The notes beneath the pieces were generated by a model. It saw only the letters and a list, made by a program, of their open reading frames with translations, made no database searches and was not told the origin of the DNA. DNA of 64,000 bases from Candidatus Omnitrophota bacterium. GTDB taxonomy: Bacteria > Omnitrophota > Gorgyraeia > JAFGHF01. Position 1 is the first letter of the stretch. Every line of letters starts with the position of its first letter. The DNA lies in the NCBI GenBank assembly GCA_020341815.1, contig CP070837.1, positions 311,035 to 375,034 on the forward strand, given 5' to 3'. The position numbers were made by a program, and so were the translations under genes. This document shows positions 19,203-28,550 of this stretch, in pieces.

Positions 19203-19559
19203 ATGAAAAAGAGTATTTCTTTAGCGCTGGTGTTTGTTATGTCTTTATCTCTGTATAGTTGCGCAACCTACTTAACCAGGACGAATGAGATGCGCGATAA
19301 ATTGGCAACAATAAGGATTGGCATGTCCACGCTTCAGGTAATTGAGATTGCCGGCCAACCCCACAGCAAAGAAACCCTCTTATGGGAAGATGGAGAGCTG
19401 ATTCAATTTTACAAATATATCACAGAATATACTCTTGACGGACCCGTTCTTAATTCTGACCTGACACCGGTTTGCCTTAAACAAGATAAAGTAATCGGTA
19501 TAGGACACAAATTCTATAAAGAGCGGAAGAAAACCGCAAAAAAGATTCTGTATCCATAA
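19203..19559 (+). CDS. Hypothetical lipoprotein. The track ORF at 19101 is a 5' over-extension.
   Basis: AGAGGAGGGG RBS 3 nt before the ATG. MKKSISLALVFVMSLSLYSC signal peptide and lipobox. Confidence 0.65.
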   Translation: MKKSISLALVFVMSLSLYSCATYLTRTNEMRDKLATIRIGMSTLQVIEIAGQPHSKETLLWEDGELIQFYKYITEYTLDGPVLNSDLTPVCLKQDKVIGIGHKFYKERKKTAKKILYP

Positions 19560-19580
19560 TTCGGGGGGGGAGTCCTGGAA

Positions 19581-20732
19581 ATGGGGGATAAGAGGATACT
19601 ATTGCTGCATATCTCCGATGTCTCGGGCCATCGTTGCGCGAGTTTAGCTATTCAGAAGGCCCTGCAGGAGATAGATGCAACTGTCAAGACAAAAAGCATT
19701 AATGCATTCAATTATACGAATCCCTTTTTGGAAAAATTTATTAACTGGCTTTATATGTTTGTTATTAAAGCCACTCCCGGAATCTGGGATTATCTTTATG
19801 ACAATGAAGCTGTGCTGAAAAAAGCCGGAAAAACCCGGCTTTTGATTCATAAGCTAAATGACAAGAAGATAAAGAAATTATTTGATGATTTTCGGCCGGA
19901 TATCGTAGTTTGCACTCAGGCTTTCCCTTGCGGAATGGTGGCAGATTATAAACGCAGGCACAATTTAAATATACCCTTGATAGGCGTCTTGACGGATTAT
20001 GCACCGCATAGCTATTGGTTAAATAATTTGGTAGATGCTTACATTGTTCCTGCCCCAAAGATAAAAGAGAGATTTCTGCAAAGAGGTGTCTCGGAGGCCC
20101 GCCTTAAGGTTCTGGGCATCCCCATTGATAGCGAATTCGGTAAGCGGGGCGATCCCCAACAGATCCGCCAACGGCTGGGGTTGGATTTAAAACTTCCTGC
20201 AGTGCTTATTATGGGTGGGGGACAAGGCTTAGGTCCAATAAGGCAAATAGTGCAGATATTGAATAAATTAAAAACTCCTGCGCAATTAATTGTAGTTTGT
20301 GGTACAAACAAGCGTCTTTATAAATGGCTGCAGAAGAATAAGACTGCTTTTAATAAACCTCTGTGGGTAAGGGGTTATATGGATAAAATTAACGACCTTA
20401 TGGAGATATCCAATTTTATTGTGACTAAACCCGGAGGCTTGACTTCTACCGAAGCCTTAACCAAGTCTTTGCCGATAATAATCGTAAATCCTCTTCCCGG
20501 ACAGGAGAGTATGAATACACGGGCCCTTTTAGAAATGAAGGCGGCCTTAAAAGTGGAAAGTTTCAGCGAGCTGGCATCTTTAGCCGAAGAACTATTAAGT
20601 AATTCCGCCAGACTCACAACGCTACGTAAAAATGCTGCCGCTGCAGCAATTAGAGATTCGGCACCAAAGGCGGCTCAACTGATATTAAGCATGATTAAAA
20701 AACAAGCACAGGATGCTATACCATCTCTATAG
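19581..20732 (+). CDS. GT28-family glycosyltransferase (MGDG synthase / UgtP-like diacylglycerol glycosyltransferase)
   Basis: MGDKRILLLHISDVSGHRCASLAIQKAL resembles the UgtP/MGDG synthase N-terminus. The GT28 C-terminal half includes GG..PG...E. Confidence 0.7.
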   Translation: MGDKRILLLHISDVSGHRCASLAIQKALQEIDATVKTKSINAFNYTNPFLEKFINWLYMFVIKATPGIWDYLYDNEAVLKKAGKTRLLIHKLNDKKIKKLFDDFRPDIVVCTQAFPCGMVADYKRRHNLNIPLIGVLTDYAPHSYWLNNLVDAYIVPAPKIKERFLQRGVSEARLKVLGIPIDSEFGKRGDPQQIRQRLGLDLKLPAVLIMGGGQGLGPIRQIVQILNKLKTPAQLIVVCGTNKRLYKWLQKNKTAFNKPLWVRGYMDKINDLMEISNFIVTKPGGLTSTEALTKSLPIIIVNPLPGQESMNTRALLEMKAALKVESFSELASLAEELLSNSARLTTLRKNAAAAAIRDSAPKAAQLILSMIKKQAQDAIPSL

Positions 20733-21576
20733 AATAGCCAGGTTTCTCGCAATAACTTTGCCGGTAGGGTTTTCTTATCGAATAGCGGATATCTCAGGTA
20801 GCTTGTATTATCTTCTGGCAAATAAAGACAGAAAAATTGTCAATGATAACATTGAAGTAATATTGAAATATAATAACGATAAGCGTGCCGTTGGAAGATT
20901 GAGTCGTGAGGTCTTTACAAATTTTGCCCGGTATTTAGTTGAATTCTTTCGCGCCTCTAAAATAGACTTAAAGTATATAGAAAAATATATTGATATTCAG
21001 GGCAGGGAAAACTTAGATAAAGCCTTAAGCTCAGGTAAAGGCGTTTTATTGGTTAGCGCACACTTGGGAAACTGGGAATTAGGGGCAATGGCTTTATCTA
21101 TACTGGGATATCCGCTGAATGTTGTTGCCTGGACGCATCGAGACAGAAAAGTTAATGAGTTTTTTCTTGGGCAAAGGCAAAGCAAGGGCGTTAAAATAAT
21201 ACCTCTGGGAGTAGCCATAAGAAGAGTCTTATTTGCTTTAAAGAATAATGAAGCCGTAGCCTTCCTGGGAGATATTGATTATGCTAACCCTGAGATAGGA
21301 GTAACGGTAAAATTATTCGGTCAAGACACAATTATGCCCAAAGGTCCGGCCGTCTTCAGTTTAAAAACAGATTGCCCGATCGTCCCGGTATTTGTGGTTC
21401 GGGAAAAAGGCAACAGATTCAAGTTCATCATTGAAGAGGCAATATCATACAAACCTACGGATAATTACGAATACGATGTAGCCAATTTAACTCAAAGCTT
21501 GAGCAAAAGACTGGAATTTCATATTTCCAGAAATCCGGGACAGTGGTTTATGCTTACTCCCCGCTGGCCAGCTTAA
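20713..21576 (+). CDS. LpxL/HtrB-family lipid acyltransferase (LPLAT)
   Basis: SAHLGNWELGAM matches the HX4(D/E) acyltransferase motif of lauroyl/myristoyl acyltransferases. 287 aa. Confidence 0.7.
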   Translation: MLYHLYRIARFLAITLPVGFSYRIADISGSLYYLLANKDRKIVNDNIEVILKYNNDKRAVGRLSREVFTNFARYLVEFFRASKIDLKYIEKYIDIQGRENLDKALSSGKGVLLVSAHLGNWELGAMALSILGYPLNVVAWTHRDRKVNEFFLGQRQSKGVKIIPLGVAIRRVLFALKNNEAVAFLGDIDYANPEIGVTVKLFGQDTIMPKGPAVFSLKTDCPIVPVFVVREKGNRFKFIIEEAISYKPTDNYEYDVANLTQSLSKRLEFHISRNPGQWFMLTPRWPA

Positions 21577-21594
21577 AGATAAGGAAATGCCAAT

Positions 21595-22274
21595 TGAAGA
21601 TATGCGTGCTTATTCCCTCATATAATGAATCCAAGGCAATAAGCTCTTTGGTGAAAAGGATAAAGGCCGAGGGTCTGGATATATTGGTAGTTGATGACGG
21701 CTCAATCGACTCTACAGCCGAAGCCGCAGAGCTTGCCGGGGCCTGTGTGTTAAGAAACGAACAGAATAAAGGAAAGGGTGCTTCTCTGAAGGAAGGTTTT
21801 CGTCACATTTTAAGGAAAGATTACGACGCTGTGATAACAATGGATGGAGACAGCCAGCACAGCCCCGATGACATTTCCAAATTTATTGCCGAAGCCACTA
21901 ATCCCGATGTGGATATGATTATAGGCAACCGCATGTCTTTCAACAAGGATATGCCTTTTGTTCGCCGCCTGACAAATTATTCTATGTCAACCCTTATTTC
22001 TCTGATTTGCCGCAGGAATATACCGGATAGTCAATGCGGCTTCCGCCTGATTAAAAGAAATGTCCTTGAAAAACTGAATCCTATCAGTTCTAATTATGAA
22101 ATAGAATCGGAAACAATCATTGATGCGCATCGCAAAGGCTTTAAGATTAAGTTTATACCTGTGCAGACTATCTATGCCAAACAGGTAAGTCAAATCAATC
22201 CTTTTGTTGATACAATTCGTTTCTTTAGATTTTTATTTATTAAAGCCTTCTCGTCTTTCTTTAACAAAAGATAG
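21595..22274 (+). CDS. GT2-family glycosyltransferase (dolichyl/polyprenyl-phosphate sugar transferase-like). Start uncertain (TTG at 21595 after an AAGGAAA RBS; the track ORF begins at 21543).
   Basis: ICVLIPSYNE...LVVDDGSIDST...MDGDSQH, the GT2 DXD-type motifs. Confidence 0.7.
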
Positions 22275-22279
22275 AGAAA

Positions 22280-22924
22280 ATGGATTTTTCGGCCTTAAGA
22301 GAAGAAATGGTCCAGGATCAGCTTATTCGGCGAGGAATAAGCGATGAAAAGGTGCTTAAGGCCTTTCGTGAAGTCCCCAGACATAAGTTTGTGCCGGAGA
22401 AATATCTGGATAGCGCCTACGGAGACTTTCCTTTACCTATCGGTGAGGGACAAACCGTCTCCCAGCCTTATATGGTAGCGCTAATGACGGAGTGCCTGGA
22501 ACTTTCAGGCAAAGAAACTGTCTTAGAAATAGGCACCGGCTCCGGTTATCAGGCAGCTATTTTGGCCAAAGTAGCTGGCGAAGTCTACAGCATAGAGCGC
22601 ATAGCACCTCTAGCAAGGCAGGCCCAGCTGCGCCTGAAAGACTTAGGCTACCGCAATATCCACATAAAGACGGGAGATGGAACTATGGGCTGGAAGGAGT
22701 TTGCTCCTTATGATGGCATAATAGTTACGGCCGCGGCCCCTTCGGTGCCTGAGGTTCTTTTCGAGCAAATGGGCCTTCAGGCAAAGTTAGTCATTCCTCT
22801 GGGCACCAGGTTCAGCCAGATATTGACCGTGGTTAGTAAGCACAGAGACAAGATAGAAACAAAGGAAATCTGTGCCTGTGTATTTGTCCCTTTATTGGGA
22901 AAATACGGCTGGGGCCAAGAGTAG
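22280..22924 (+). CDS. pcm: Protein-L-isoaspartate O-methyltransferase
   Basis: TVSQPYMVALMTE and VLEIGTGSGYQAA SAM-binding motifs. 214 aa. Confidence 0.9.
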   Translation: MDFSALREEMVQDQLIRRGISDEKVLKAFREVPRHKFVPEKYLDSAYGDFPLPIGEGQTVSQPYMVALMTECLELSGKETVLEIGTGSGYQAAILAKVAGEVYSIERIAPLARQAQLRLKDLGYRNIHIKTGDGTMGWKEFAPYDGIIVTAAAPSVPEVLFEQMGLQAKLVIPLGTRFSQILTVVSKHRDKIETKEICACVFVPLLGKYGWGQE

Positions 22925-22938
22925 TAAATAGAGAGACT

Positions 22939-23454
22939 ATGTTGGCTAAGATATTAATACTGATTTTGGTGACATTTATTCCCGCTTTGGAACTGAGGGC
23001 CAGTATCCCCTTGGGAATCCTATCCGGACAAATCAACATATTCAGTTTAAGATTACAGGGTTTTGGCCTTAATTTTATTCTGGTATTTGCAATTTGCGTT
23101 ATTTCCAATATAATTTTAGGAATTTTAGTGTATTTCTTTTTAGATAAATTTGTAAAACACTTGATGCATCTTAAACTATTTGCCAAGTATTACAATAGAA
23201 AGGTAAAGAAGACTCAAAAGAAAATAGGGCCTTACGTCGAAAAGTACGGGACGCTGGGCATTTCGATGTTTATCGGCCTGCCCATACCGGGAAGCGGAAG
23301 TTATACCGGCGCCTTGGGGGCATATCTATTAGGCCTGGGTTATAAAAAGTTTATTGCAGCCAATATTATCGGTGTTATTGCCGCCGGCGTGATAGTTACC
23401 ATGCTTACTTTGACAGGGATTGGCTTCTTTCAATGCCTAATACCTTTCAATTAA
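22939..23454 (+). CDS. Small polytopic membrane protein (Sm_multidrug_ex-like / COG2426). Function unknown.
   Basis: Hydrophobic throughout. ALELRASIPLG motif typical of this family. Confidence 0.5.
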   Translation: MLAKILILILVTFIPALELRASIPLGILSGQINIFSLRLQGFGLNFILVFAICVISNIILGILVYFFLDKFVKHLMHLKLFAKYYNRKVKKTQKKIGPYVEKYGTLGISMFIGLPIPGSGSYTGALGAYLLGLGYKKFIAANIIGVIAAGVIVTMLTLTGIGFFQCLIPFN

Positions 23455-23951
23455 TAAATCTGTTTATCCTGGGGCCTCTTTTCTTTTATCCTTTTTCCTT
23501 TTGCCCCTTTCGAATGCCCTATCTATATTGTTTCATATGTCCCATTCGCTGTCTTTGGTATCGCCTCAGGTGGCCGATTCTTTTAATAGCGGTAGGATTA
23601 AATATAAAGAAGGACTCTTTTTGCAATTATATTTGTCCCTTCGGCACAACGCAAGCGCTTCTGTTTAAAATTAAATGCCGAAAAGCTCATACGCCTAATT
23701 TCTTGCATAATTTCAAATATGTCAGTATATTCCTGATAGCCTTTGTGGTAAGCATAACGATATGGAAAGGGAAATTCCTGATGCCCGTAATAAAGTTAAG
23801 GGAGTTGATATTTGCAGTATTTCTCTTGAGCATGGCCATGAGCATATTCGCTTATCGTGCTTTTTGCGAAAATCTCTGTCCTGTCAGGGCATTAAGCAAG
23901 ATATCACATTTTCTCCTAAAACCAGGAAAGTCGGGTTGTTCATGTTTTTAG
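23433..23951 (+). CDS. Cys-rich membrane protein with repeated C-x-x-x-C-P-x-G / CPFG motifs (4Fe-4S-binding, Fer4_5-like)
   Basis: YCFICPIRC, CNYICPFG, CENLCPVRAL and GCSC motifs between TM helices. Confidence 0.45.
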   Translation: MPNTFQLINLFILGPLFFYPFSFCPFRMPYLYCFICPIRCLWYRLRWPILLIAVGLNIKKDSFCNYICPFGTTQALLFKIKCRKAHTPNFLHNFKYVSIFLIAFVVSITIWKGKFLMPVIKLRELIFAVFLLSMAMSIFAYRAFCENLCPVRALSKISHFLLKPGKSGCSCF

Positions 23952-24550
23952 ACAGGCCTTTAAAAATTGCGCTTTTGCTTTCCATGGCTTTTCATACGAT
24001 AATTTTCCTGCCTTTATTACGCTTTAATAAGCTCGCGTCCCAGAAACGTCAAGTGCTTAAAATTACCTATGTGGCACCGAAGGCAAAGCCCCAACCGGAA
24101 ACCTCTTCCGTCAAAGAAATTATCCCTCCGGCAAAAGAACAAACCTCTGTGCCCGAAAAGCCAAAGATGGAACCGCCTATAAAGCAGCTTAAGGAAACGG
24201 ACAAATCGGCAAAAGACGAAATTCAGGTTCCGCCGGAATTGCCCAAAGAAAAAGAAAAGGTCTATCTGGAATATTACAAGGCCGTCCGCGAAGAAATCCG
24301 CAGATTTGTAATAGAGAGTTCCCCGCGTTTTATAGCCTGCGGTGAAGTCTGTTTATATTTTGTGCTCTCTTCTGACGGAAAATTAGAAGAAATCAAAGTG
24401 GTAGAAGAGCGCTCAACCAAAAACCAACAGCTTAAAAAAATAGCCGCTCGCGGCGTTCAGGGCGCTGCGCCATTTTCGCCTTTTCCTGAAGACCTGGGGG
24501 AGAAGCAATTATCATTTAATGTGGTGATTTCTTTTGAACTGGAAAATTAA
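23942..24550 (+). CDS. TonB-like energy transducer: N-terminal TM, Pro/Lys-rich linker, TonB-C-like domain. The track ORF at 23762 is over-extended.
   Basis: MFLDRPLKIALLLSMAFHTIIFLPLL TM helix. PQPETSS...PPAKEQTSVPEKPKMEPP linker. C-terminal domain with YYKAVREEIRRF...LSFNVVISFEL. Confidence 0.6.
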   Translation: MFLDRPLKIALLLSMAFHTIIFLPLLRFNKLASQKRQVLKITYVAPKAKPQPETSSVKEIIPPAKEQTSVPEKPKMEPPIKQLKETDKSAKDEIQVPPELPKEKEKVYLEYYKAVREEIRRFVIESSPRFIACGEVCLYFVLSSDGKLEEIKVVEERSTKNQQLKKIAARGVQGAAPFSPFPEDLGEKQLSFNVVISFELEN

Positions 24551-24590
24551 TAGTTCGACTTCGCTCACTATTAATGCTTTAAAATTTAGG

Positions 24591-24619
24591 TTGATATTTG
24601 CTTCTTAAAATGGTATACT
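24591..24619 (+). promoter_or_regulatory. Sigma70-type promoter TTGATA-17-TGgTATACT upstream of the small membrane protein and rpsU
   Basis: Near-consensus -35, 17-nt spacer and an extended -10 about 30 nt before the RBS AAGGGGGC. Confidence 0.5.
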
Positions 24620-24648
24620 AAAGTTCAATCGAAGGGGGCAAAGAACAG

Positions 24649-24846
24649 ATGAGGGCTAGCATAAAAGATAGTATGTTGGAAAATGCAAAACTTAGCCTGA
24701 AAGTTATCTTAGGAATTATCCTTTTAGCTATAGGCGCCTGGCTTATCTGGCTCTGGAAGGAAGACGTCTGGACGGTAATCAGGGGTTTCCTGGGTATTAT
24801 CGTTATTCTTTCCGGAGCGATGTTTTTAGCTATCGCTAAGGAATAA
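24649..24846 (+). CDS. Small hypothetical membrane protein (65 aa, two TM helices)
   Basis: RBS GAAGGGGG. Hydrophobic LGIILLAIGAWLIWLW...IIVILSGAMFLAIA. Confidence 0.5.
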   Translation: MRASIKDSMLENAKLSLKVILGIILLAIGAWLIWLWKEDVWTVIRGFLGIIVILSGAMFLAIAKE

Positions 24847-24884
24847 AAAACTTTTATATTTTTAGAGAAAAAGAAGGAGAAGAG

Positions 24885-25040
24885 ATGTCGCGGGTGGAGG
24901 TAAAAAGCAATGAACCCCTGGAAAGGGCACTGAGAAGGTTCAAGCGAAAGATAGAAAGGGAAGGAATTCTCAAGCAAATCAAGGCTCGTAAACATTATGA
25001 AAAACCCAGCGAGCGTAAGAGAAGAAAAAAAAGAAAATAA
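24885..25040 (+). CDS. rpsU: 30S ribosomal protein S21 (not in the ORF track; translated by hand)
   Basis: MSRVEVKSNEPLERALRRFKRKIEREGILKQIKARKHYEKPSERKRRKKRK, the canonical S21. RBS AAGAAGGAGAAGAG 4 nt upstream. Confidence 0.88.
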   Translation: MSRVEVKSNEPLERALRRFKRKIEREGILKQIKARKHYEKPSERKRRKKRK

Positions 25041-27627
25041 CAATACAATTAACCACGGAGAATCCAACCTAAAACGCTACTCTCTGTGGTTTATTGTTTT
25101 TACAGGCCTGACTTTCCTCTTTGGTGCTTCGGGCGCCTCTGCTTACGATGAGGTGGAGCGCCTCACTCTGGATAACGGCATGGTCGTTCTCCTGGAAGAA
25201 AAGCCCAAGCAGGAGTTGGTTAATCTGTTTCTCTGTGTCCGCGTGGGAAGCGGCCGGGAGGGAAAGTATAGCGGCAGTGGAATCTCTCATTTTATCGAAC
25301 ACATGACCTTTAAAGGCACCGCAAAGCGAGCAACAGGCGACATATTTAAAGAAATCGAGTCTTACGGCGGAAAGATTAACGCATTTACCAGTTACGATTA
25401 TAGCGGCTATAATATTACCGTGCCGGGTGATTTTGCTCCTTTGGCTTTAGAACTGCTCGCCGACATGACCCTGAGGCCGACTTTTGACAAACAGGAGCTG
25501 GAGAAGGAAAAGCAGGTTGTTTTAAGAGAAATAAGATTGAATTATGATGACCCCCAAAGGTATTCCTCGCGGCTCCTTTGGCAGAGCGCCTATTCAACCC
25601 ATCCCTACAAATATCCAATTCTGGGCGAGGAAGACTTATTCAAAAAGCTCAGCCGCAGGGACTTGGTCGAGTTCCATCAGGCCGCATACACCCCCGATAA
25701 TATGATTTTAGCTGTTGTAGGCGGTATAGAGAAAGAATCGTTTCTGGCTCTTACAGAAAAAACTTTTAAGCCTTTCAAGCAAAAATATGTAATGGACCTT
25801 GGGGTGTCCCGCGAGCCCCAGCAGACCCAGCTGCGCAAGCACGAAGAGAAGTTTACATCCGGAATGAGCTATCTCTTATTTGCTTTTCACAGCGTAGCCA
25901 TAACGGATGAGGATTGCTTTGCTTTGGATGCCTTAGGGACAATATTGGGAGAAGGGGAAAGCTCAAGGCTCTATAAATTAATCTGCGCCAGAAAAAAGCT
26001 GGCCTATGGCATTGAGGCGGTAAATTATACGCCCCGGGATCCGGGATTATTTATTATCTCCGCATTTCTGGAAGAACGCCATCGTGAAAAAGCGCAATCT
26101 CTAATATTTGAACAGATAGAGCTGCTTAAGAAAAAGGAAGTCTCTCCAGATGAATTGGAAAGCGCAAAGAATAAGATTATCAGCGATATCCTGTTCCACA
26201 GGCAAACCGTAGAAGCCCAGGCGCAGGACTTAGCCTTAAATGAGGCCTTGTGCTCAAATTTTAGATTTACGGAACTTTATATCCAGAAGATAAAACAAGT
26301 AAGCCCGCAGGATATTATCCGTGTGGCCAATAAGTATCTTATCGAGGATAAGCTGAACATAGTTGCCCTGACGCCTCGTGAGGATTCGCCTCGGGCCCTG
26401 GAACCTATTAAGAAGTATGTTCTCGGCCCGGGCATTAGACTTCTGATTAAAGAGGACAGCCAGCTGCCTTTGGTCTCTATGAAAGCGGTCTTTAAAGGCG
26501 GCTTACGCGCCGAAAGCGAGGAGACAAACGGCCTCTGTAACTTAACGGCGCAGATGCTGGATAAGGGAACCCGAGGCAAAAACGCCGCAGAGATAGCCCA
26601 TCTGGTTGAATCGAAAGGCGCACGGCTTTCTTATTTCAGCGGAAACAATAGCTTCGGGCTCTCTCTGGACTCATTAAGCCAGGATTGGGGCCAGATGCTC
26701 ACCTTGCTCTCTGAGTTAATTGCCGACTCTACATTTCCGAGACGTGAATTTCGCAGAGAGAAAGAAAAGAACTTGGCCGGGCTTCTGGCACAGGAAGATG
26801 ACATATTTGAAAGCGGAAACAGGCTCCTGAAAACAACCTTATTCCAGACCCATCCATATAGATTCGTGACGCTCGGAAACGAAAAGTCACTGAAGAAACT
26901 CACACACCGCGACTTAATAACCTTTTACCGAAATTTCTGCCGGGGTAAAAACATGGTCCTGGCAGTATTCGGCGATGTTAAGGCAGAAGAAGTTCTGGCA
27001 AAGGCGGAAGAAGTCTTTGGCAGACTTAAGCCCGGTGAGGCCCCCATCATAGTTACGCCAAAAGAACCGCGGACTGAGAGATTGCGCACAGCTGTCAAAT
27101 CTTTGCCTAAACAGCAGAGTCTGGTGCTGATGGGTTTTTACGGAAGCAATCTTTTTAGCCGCGATAGGTATGTCTTAGAAACGATTTGCCAGGTACTCTC
27201 TCAGGCCTCAGGCAGATTATTTACCCAGATAAGAGAGAAAAAAGGCCTGGCTTATACCCTGGGGGCATATTCGGTATCGGGGCTGGATCCCGGATATATC
27301 GTTATTTATGTTGCTACGCTGCCTGAAAATACAGAAACCGTGAAAAAGGAAATATTAAATCAACTAAACCTGCTTAAGGAGAAGCCTCTAAGTGGAGAAG
27401 AATTGCTTCAGGCCAAAAGGGCGCTTTTGGGCAGAAAGCTGATTGCCCGTCAGACCAACTCTGCCTGTGCTATGGAAAGCGCCCTGGACGAACTCTATGG
27501 CTTAGGTTATGATAATTATCTCAACTATTCTGAGCAGATCAATTTGGTTGAGGGCCGTGACATTATAAGATGCGCCAGGCAATATTTTGATTTTAATAAT
27601 TACGCGACAGTGCTTATCGGACCATGA
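24997..27627 (+). CDS. Two-unit M16 (pitrilysin/insulinase-family) zinc peptidase. Secreted. The start overlaps rpsU and is uncertain.
   Basis: HFIEHMTFKGT inverted HxxEH zinc motif. 876 aa with two M16 halves. Signal-like LWFIVFTGLTFLFGASGASA. Confidence 0.8.
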   Translation: MKNPASVREEKKENNNTINHGESNLKRYSLWFIVFTGLTFLFGASGASAYDEVERLTLDNGMVVLLEEKPKQELVNLFLCVRVGSGREGKYSGSGISHFIEHMTFKGTAKRATGDIFKEIESYGGKINAFTSYDYSGYNITVPGDFAPLALELLADMTLRPTFDKQELEKEKQVVLREIRLNYDDPQRYSSRLLWQSAYSTHPYKYPILGEEDLFKKLSRRDLVEFHQAAYTPDNMILAVVGGIEKESFLALTEKTFKPFKQKYVMDLGVSREPQQTQLRKHEEKFTSGMSYLLFAFHSVAITDEDCFALDALGTILGEGESSRLYKLICARKKLAYGIEAVNYTPRDPGLFIISAFLEERHREKAQSLIFEQIELLKKKEVSPDELESAKNKIISDILFHRQTVEAQAQDLALNEALCSNFRFTELYIQKIKQVSPQDIIRVANKYLIEDKLNIVALTPREDSPRALEPIKKYVLGPGIRLLIKEDSQLPLVSMKAVFKGGLRAESEETNGLCNLTAQMLDKGTRGKNAAEIAHLVESKGARLSYFSGNNSFGLSLDSLSQDWGQMLTLLSELIADSTFPRREFRREKEKNLAGLLAQEDDIFESGNRLLKTTLFQTHPYRFVTLGNEKSLKKLTHRDLITFYRNFCRGKNMVLAVFGDVKAEEVLAKAEEVFGRLKPGEAPIIVTPKEPRTERLRTAVKSLPKQQSLVLMGFYGSNLFSRDRYVLETICQVLSQASGRLFTQIREKKGLAYTLGAYSVSGLDPGYIVIYVATLPENTETVKKEILNQLNLLKEKPLSGEELLQAKRALLGRKLIARQTNSACAMESALDELYGLGYDNYLNYSEQINLVEGRDIIRCARQYFDFNNYATVLIGP

Positions 27628-28550
27628 GAGAAATGTTTGCTTTATCTACTTCCTGGAATGCCTCAAGACATTCCAGGGCCAAAGACATAATAGATGAAAT
27701 TAAAAGCCTCGGCTTCGGCCAGGTAGAGCTCAACTTCAACCTTACCTCAAAGATGGTTGAAGATATGGTTTCACTAAAGGAAGAAGGGGCAATAGAAATA
27801 GTCTCTGTGCATAACTTCTGCCCTATACCTGAAGGCGCCTCGCGGCAAAATGCCTCGCCTGATATGTTTTCTCTATCGGCTCTGGATGAGGCAGAGCGCA
27901 AAAAGGCGATTGATTATACAAAAAGGACTATAGATACAGCCGTAAGAGCCGGCGCAAAAGCCGTGGTATTGCACGGGGGCAAGGTCAAGGTGCAGGAGAG
28001 AATTAAGGAGCTGATTCTCTTTCAGGAAAATAGGCAAAAATATAATGAACTAAGACAACAGATGCTAAAGGAAAGGCAAGGCAAATCAAAAGACTTCTTT
28101 AATCAGACTCTTAGGAGCCTTGAAGAATTATGCCGCTATGCCCAGAGGCAAGAAGTAAAATTAGGCATTGAAAACAGATATTACTTCAGCGAAATCCCCG
28201 ACTTTAAGGAAATGGAAATAATTCTGGCCACTTTTTCCGGAGGGCCGCTTTATTACTGGCACGATGTGGGACACGCCCAGGTATATGAGTATTTGGGATT
28301 TATTAAACATAAGGAAATATTAGACAAGTTCGCTGATGGTATGGTTGGTATACATCTGCATGATGTAGAAGGAATAGACGACCATCGCGCCCCTTTAAAG
28401 GGAAAATTTGATTTTAGTCTGCTCAAGCCTTATCTGAAAAAAGAAACCCTGAAAGTGCTGGAGCCGCATTATCCGGCAACAAAAAAAGAGGTATTAGAAG
28501 GCAAAAGATACCTGGAAGAGCTGTTTGAAAAAGTAGGGAGCGAAAAATGA
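27624..28550 (+). CDS. Sugar phosphate isomerase/epimerase (xylose-isomerase-like TIM barrel)
   Basis: ALSTSWNA...GFGQVEL...HLHDVEG metal-binding pattern of AP endonuclease family 2 / TIM-barrel isomerases. Confidence 0.65.
   Translation: MREMFALSTSWNASRHSRAKDIIDEIKSLGFGQVELNFNLTSKMVEDMVSLKEEGAIEIVSVHNFCPIPEGASRQNASPDMFSLSALDEAERKKAIDYTKRTIDTAVRAGAKAVVLHGGKVKVQERIKELILFQENRQKYNELRQQMLKERQGKSKDFFNQTLRSLEELCRYAQRQEVKLGIENRYYFSEIPDFKEMEIILATFSGGPLYYWHDVGHAQVYEYLGFIKHKEILDKFADGMVGIHLHDVEGIDDHRAPLKGKFDFSLLKPYLKKETLKVLEPHYPATKKEVLEGKRYLEELFEKVGSEK

Noticed and set aside
21543-21594. GTG start of the GT2 gene at 21543, overlapping the upstream acyltransferase by 34 nt
   Set aside because: The conserved GT2 N-terminus (ICVLIPSYNE) begins just after the TTG at 21595, which has an AAGGAAA RBS. 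The longer form adds non-conserved residues.
22492-22713. 73-aa + strand ORF inside pcm
   Set aside because: An alternative frame within a confidently assigned methyltransferase gene. Its Arg/Ser-rich composition indicates an artefact.
24618-25067. 149-aa minus-strand ORF
   Set aside because: It is antisense to rpsU (canonical S21 on the + strand) and to the small membrane protein. It has no features.
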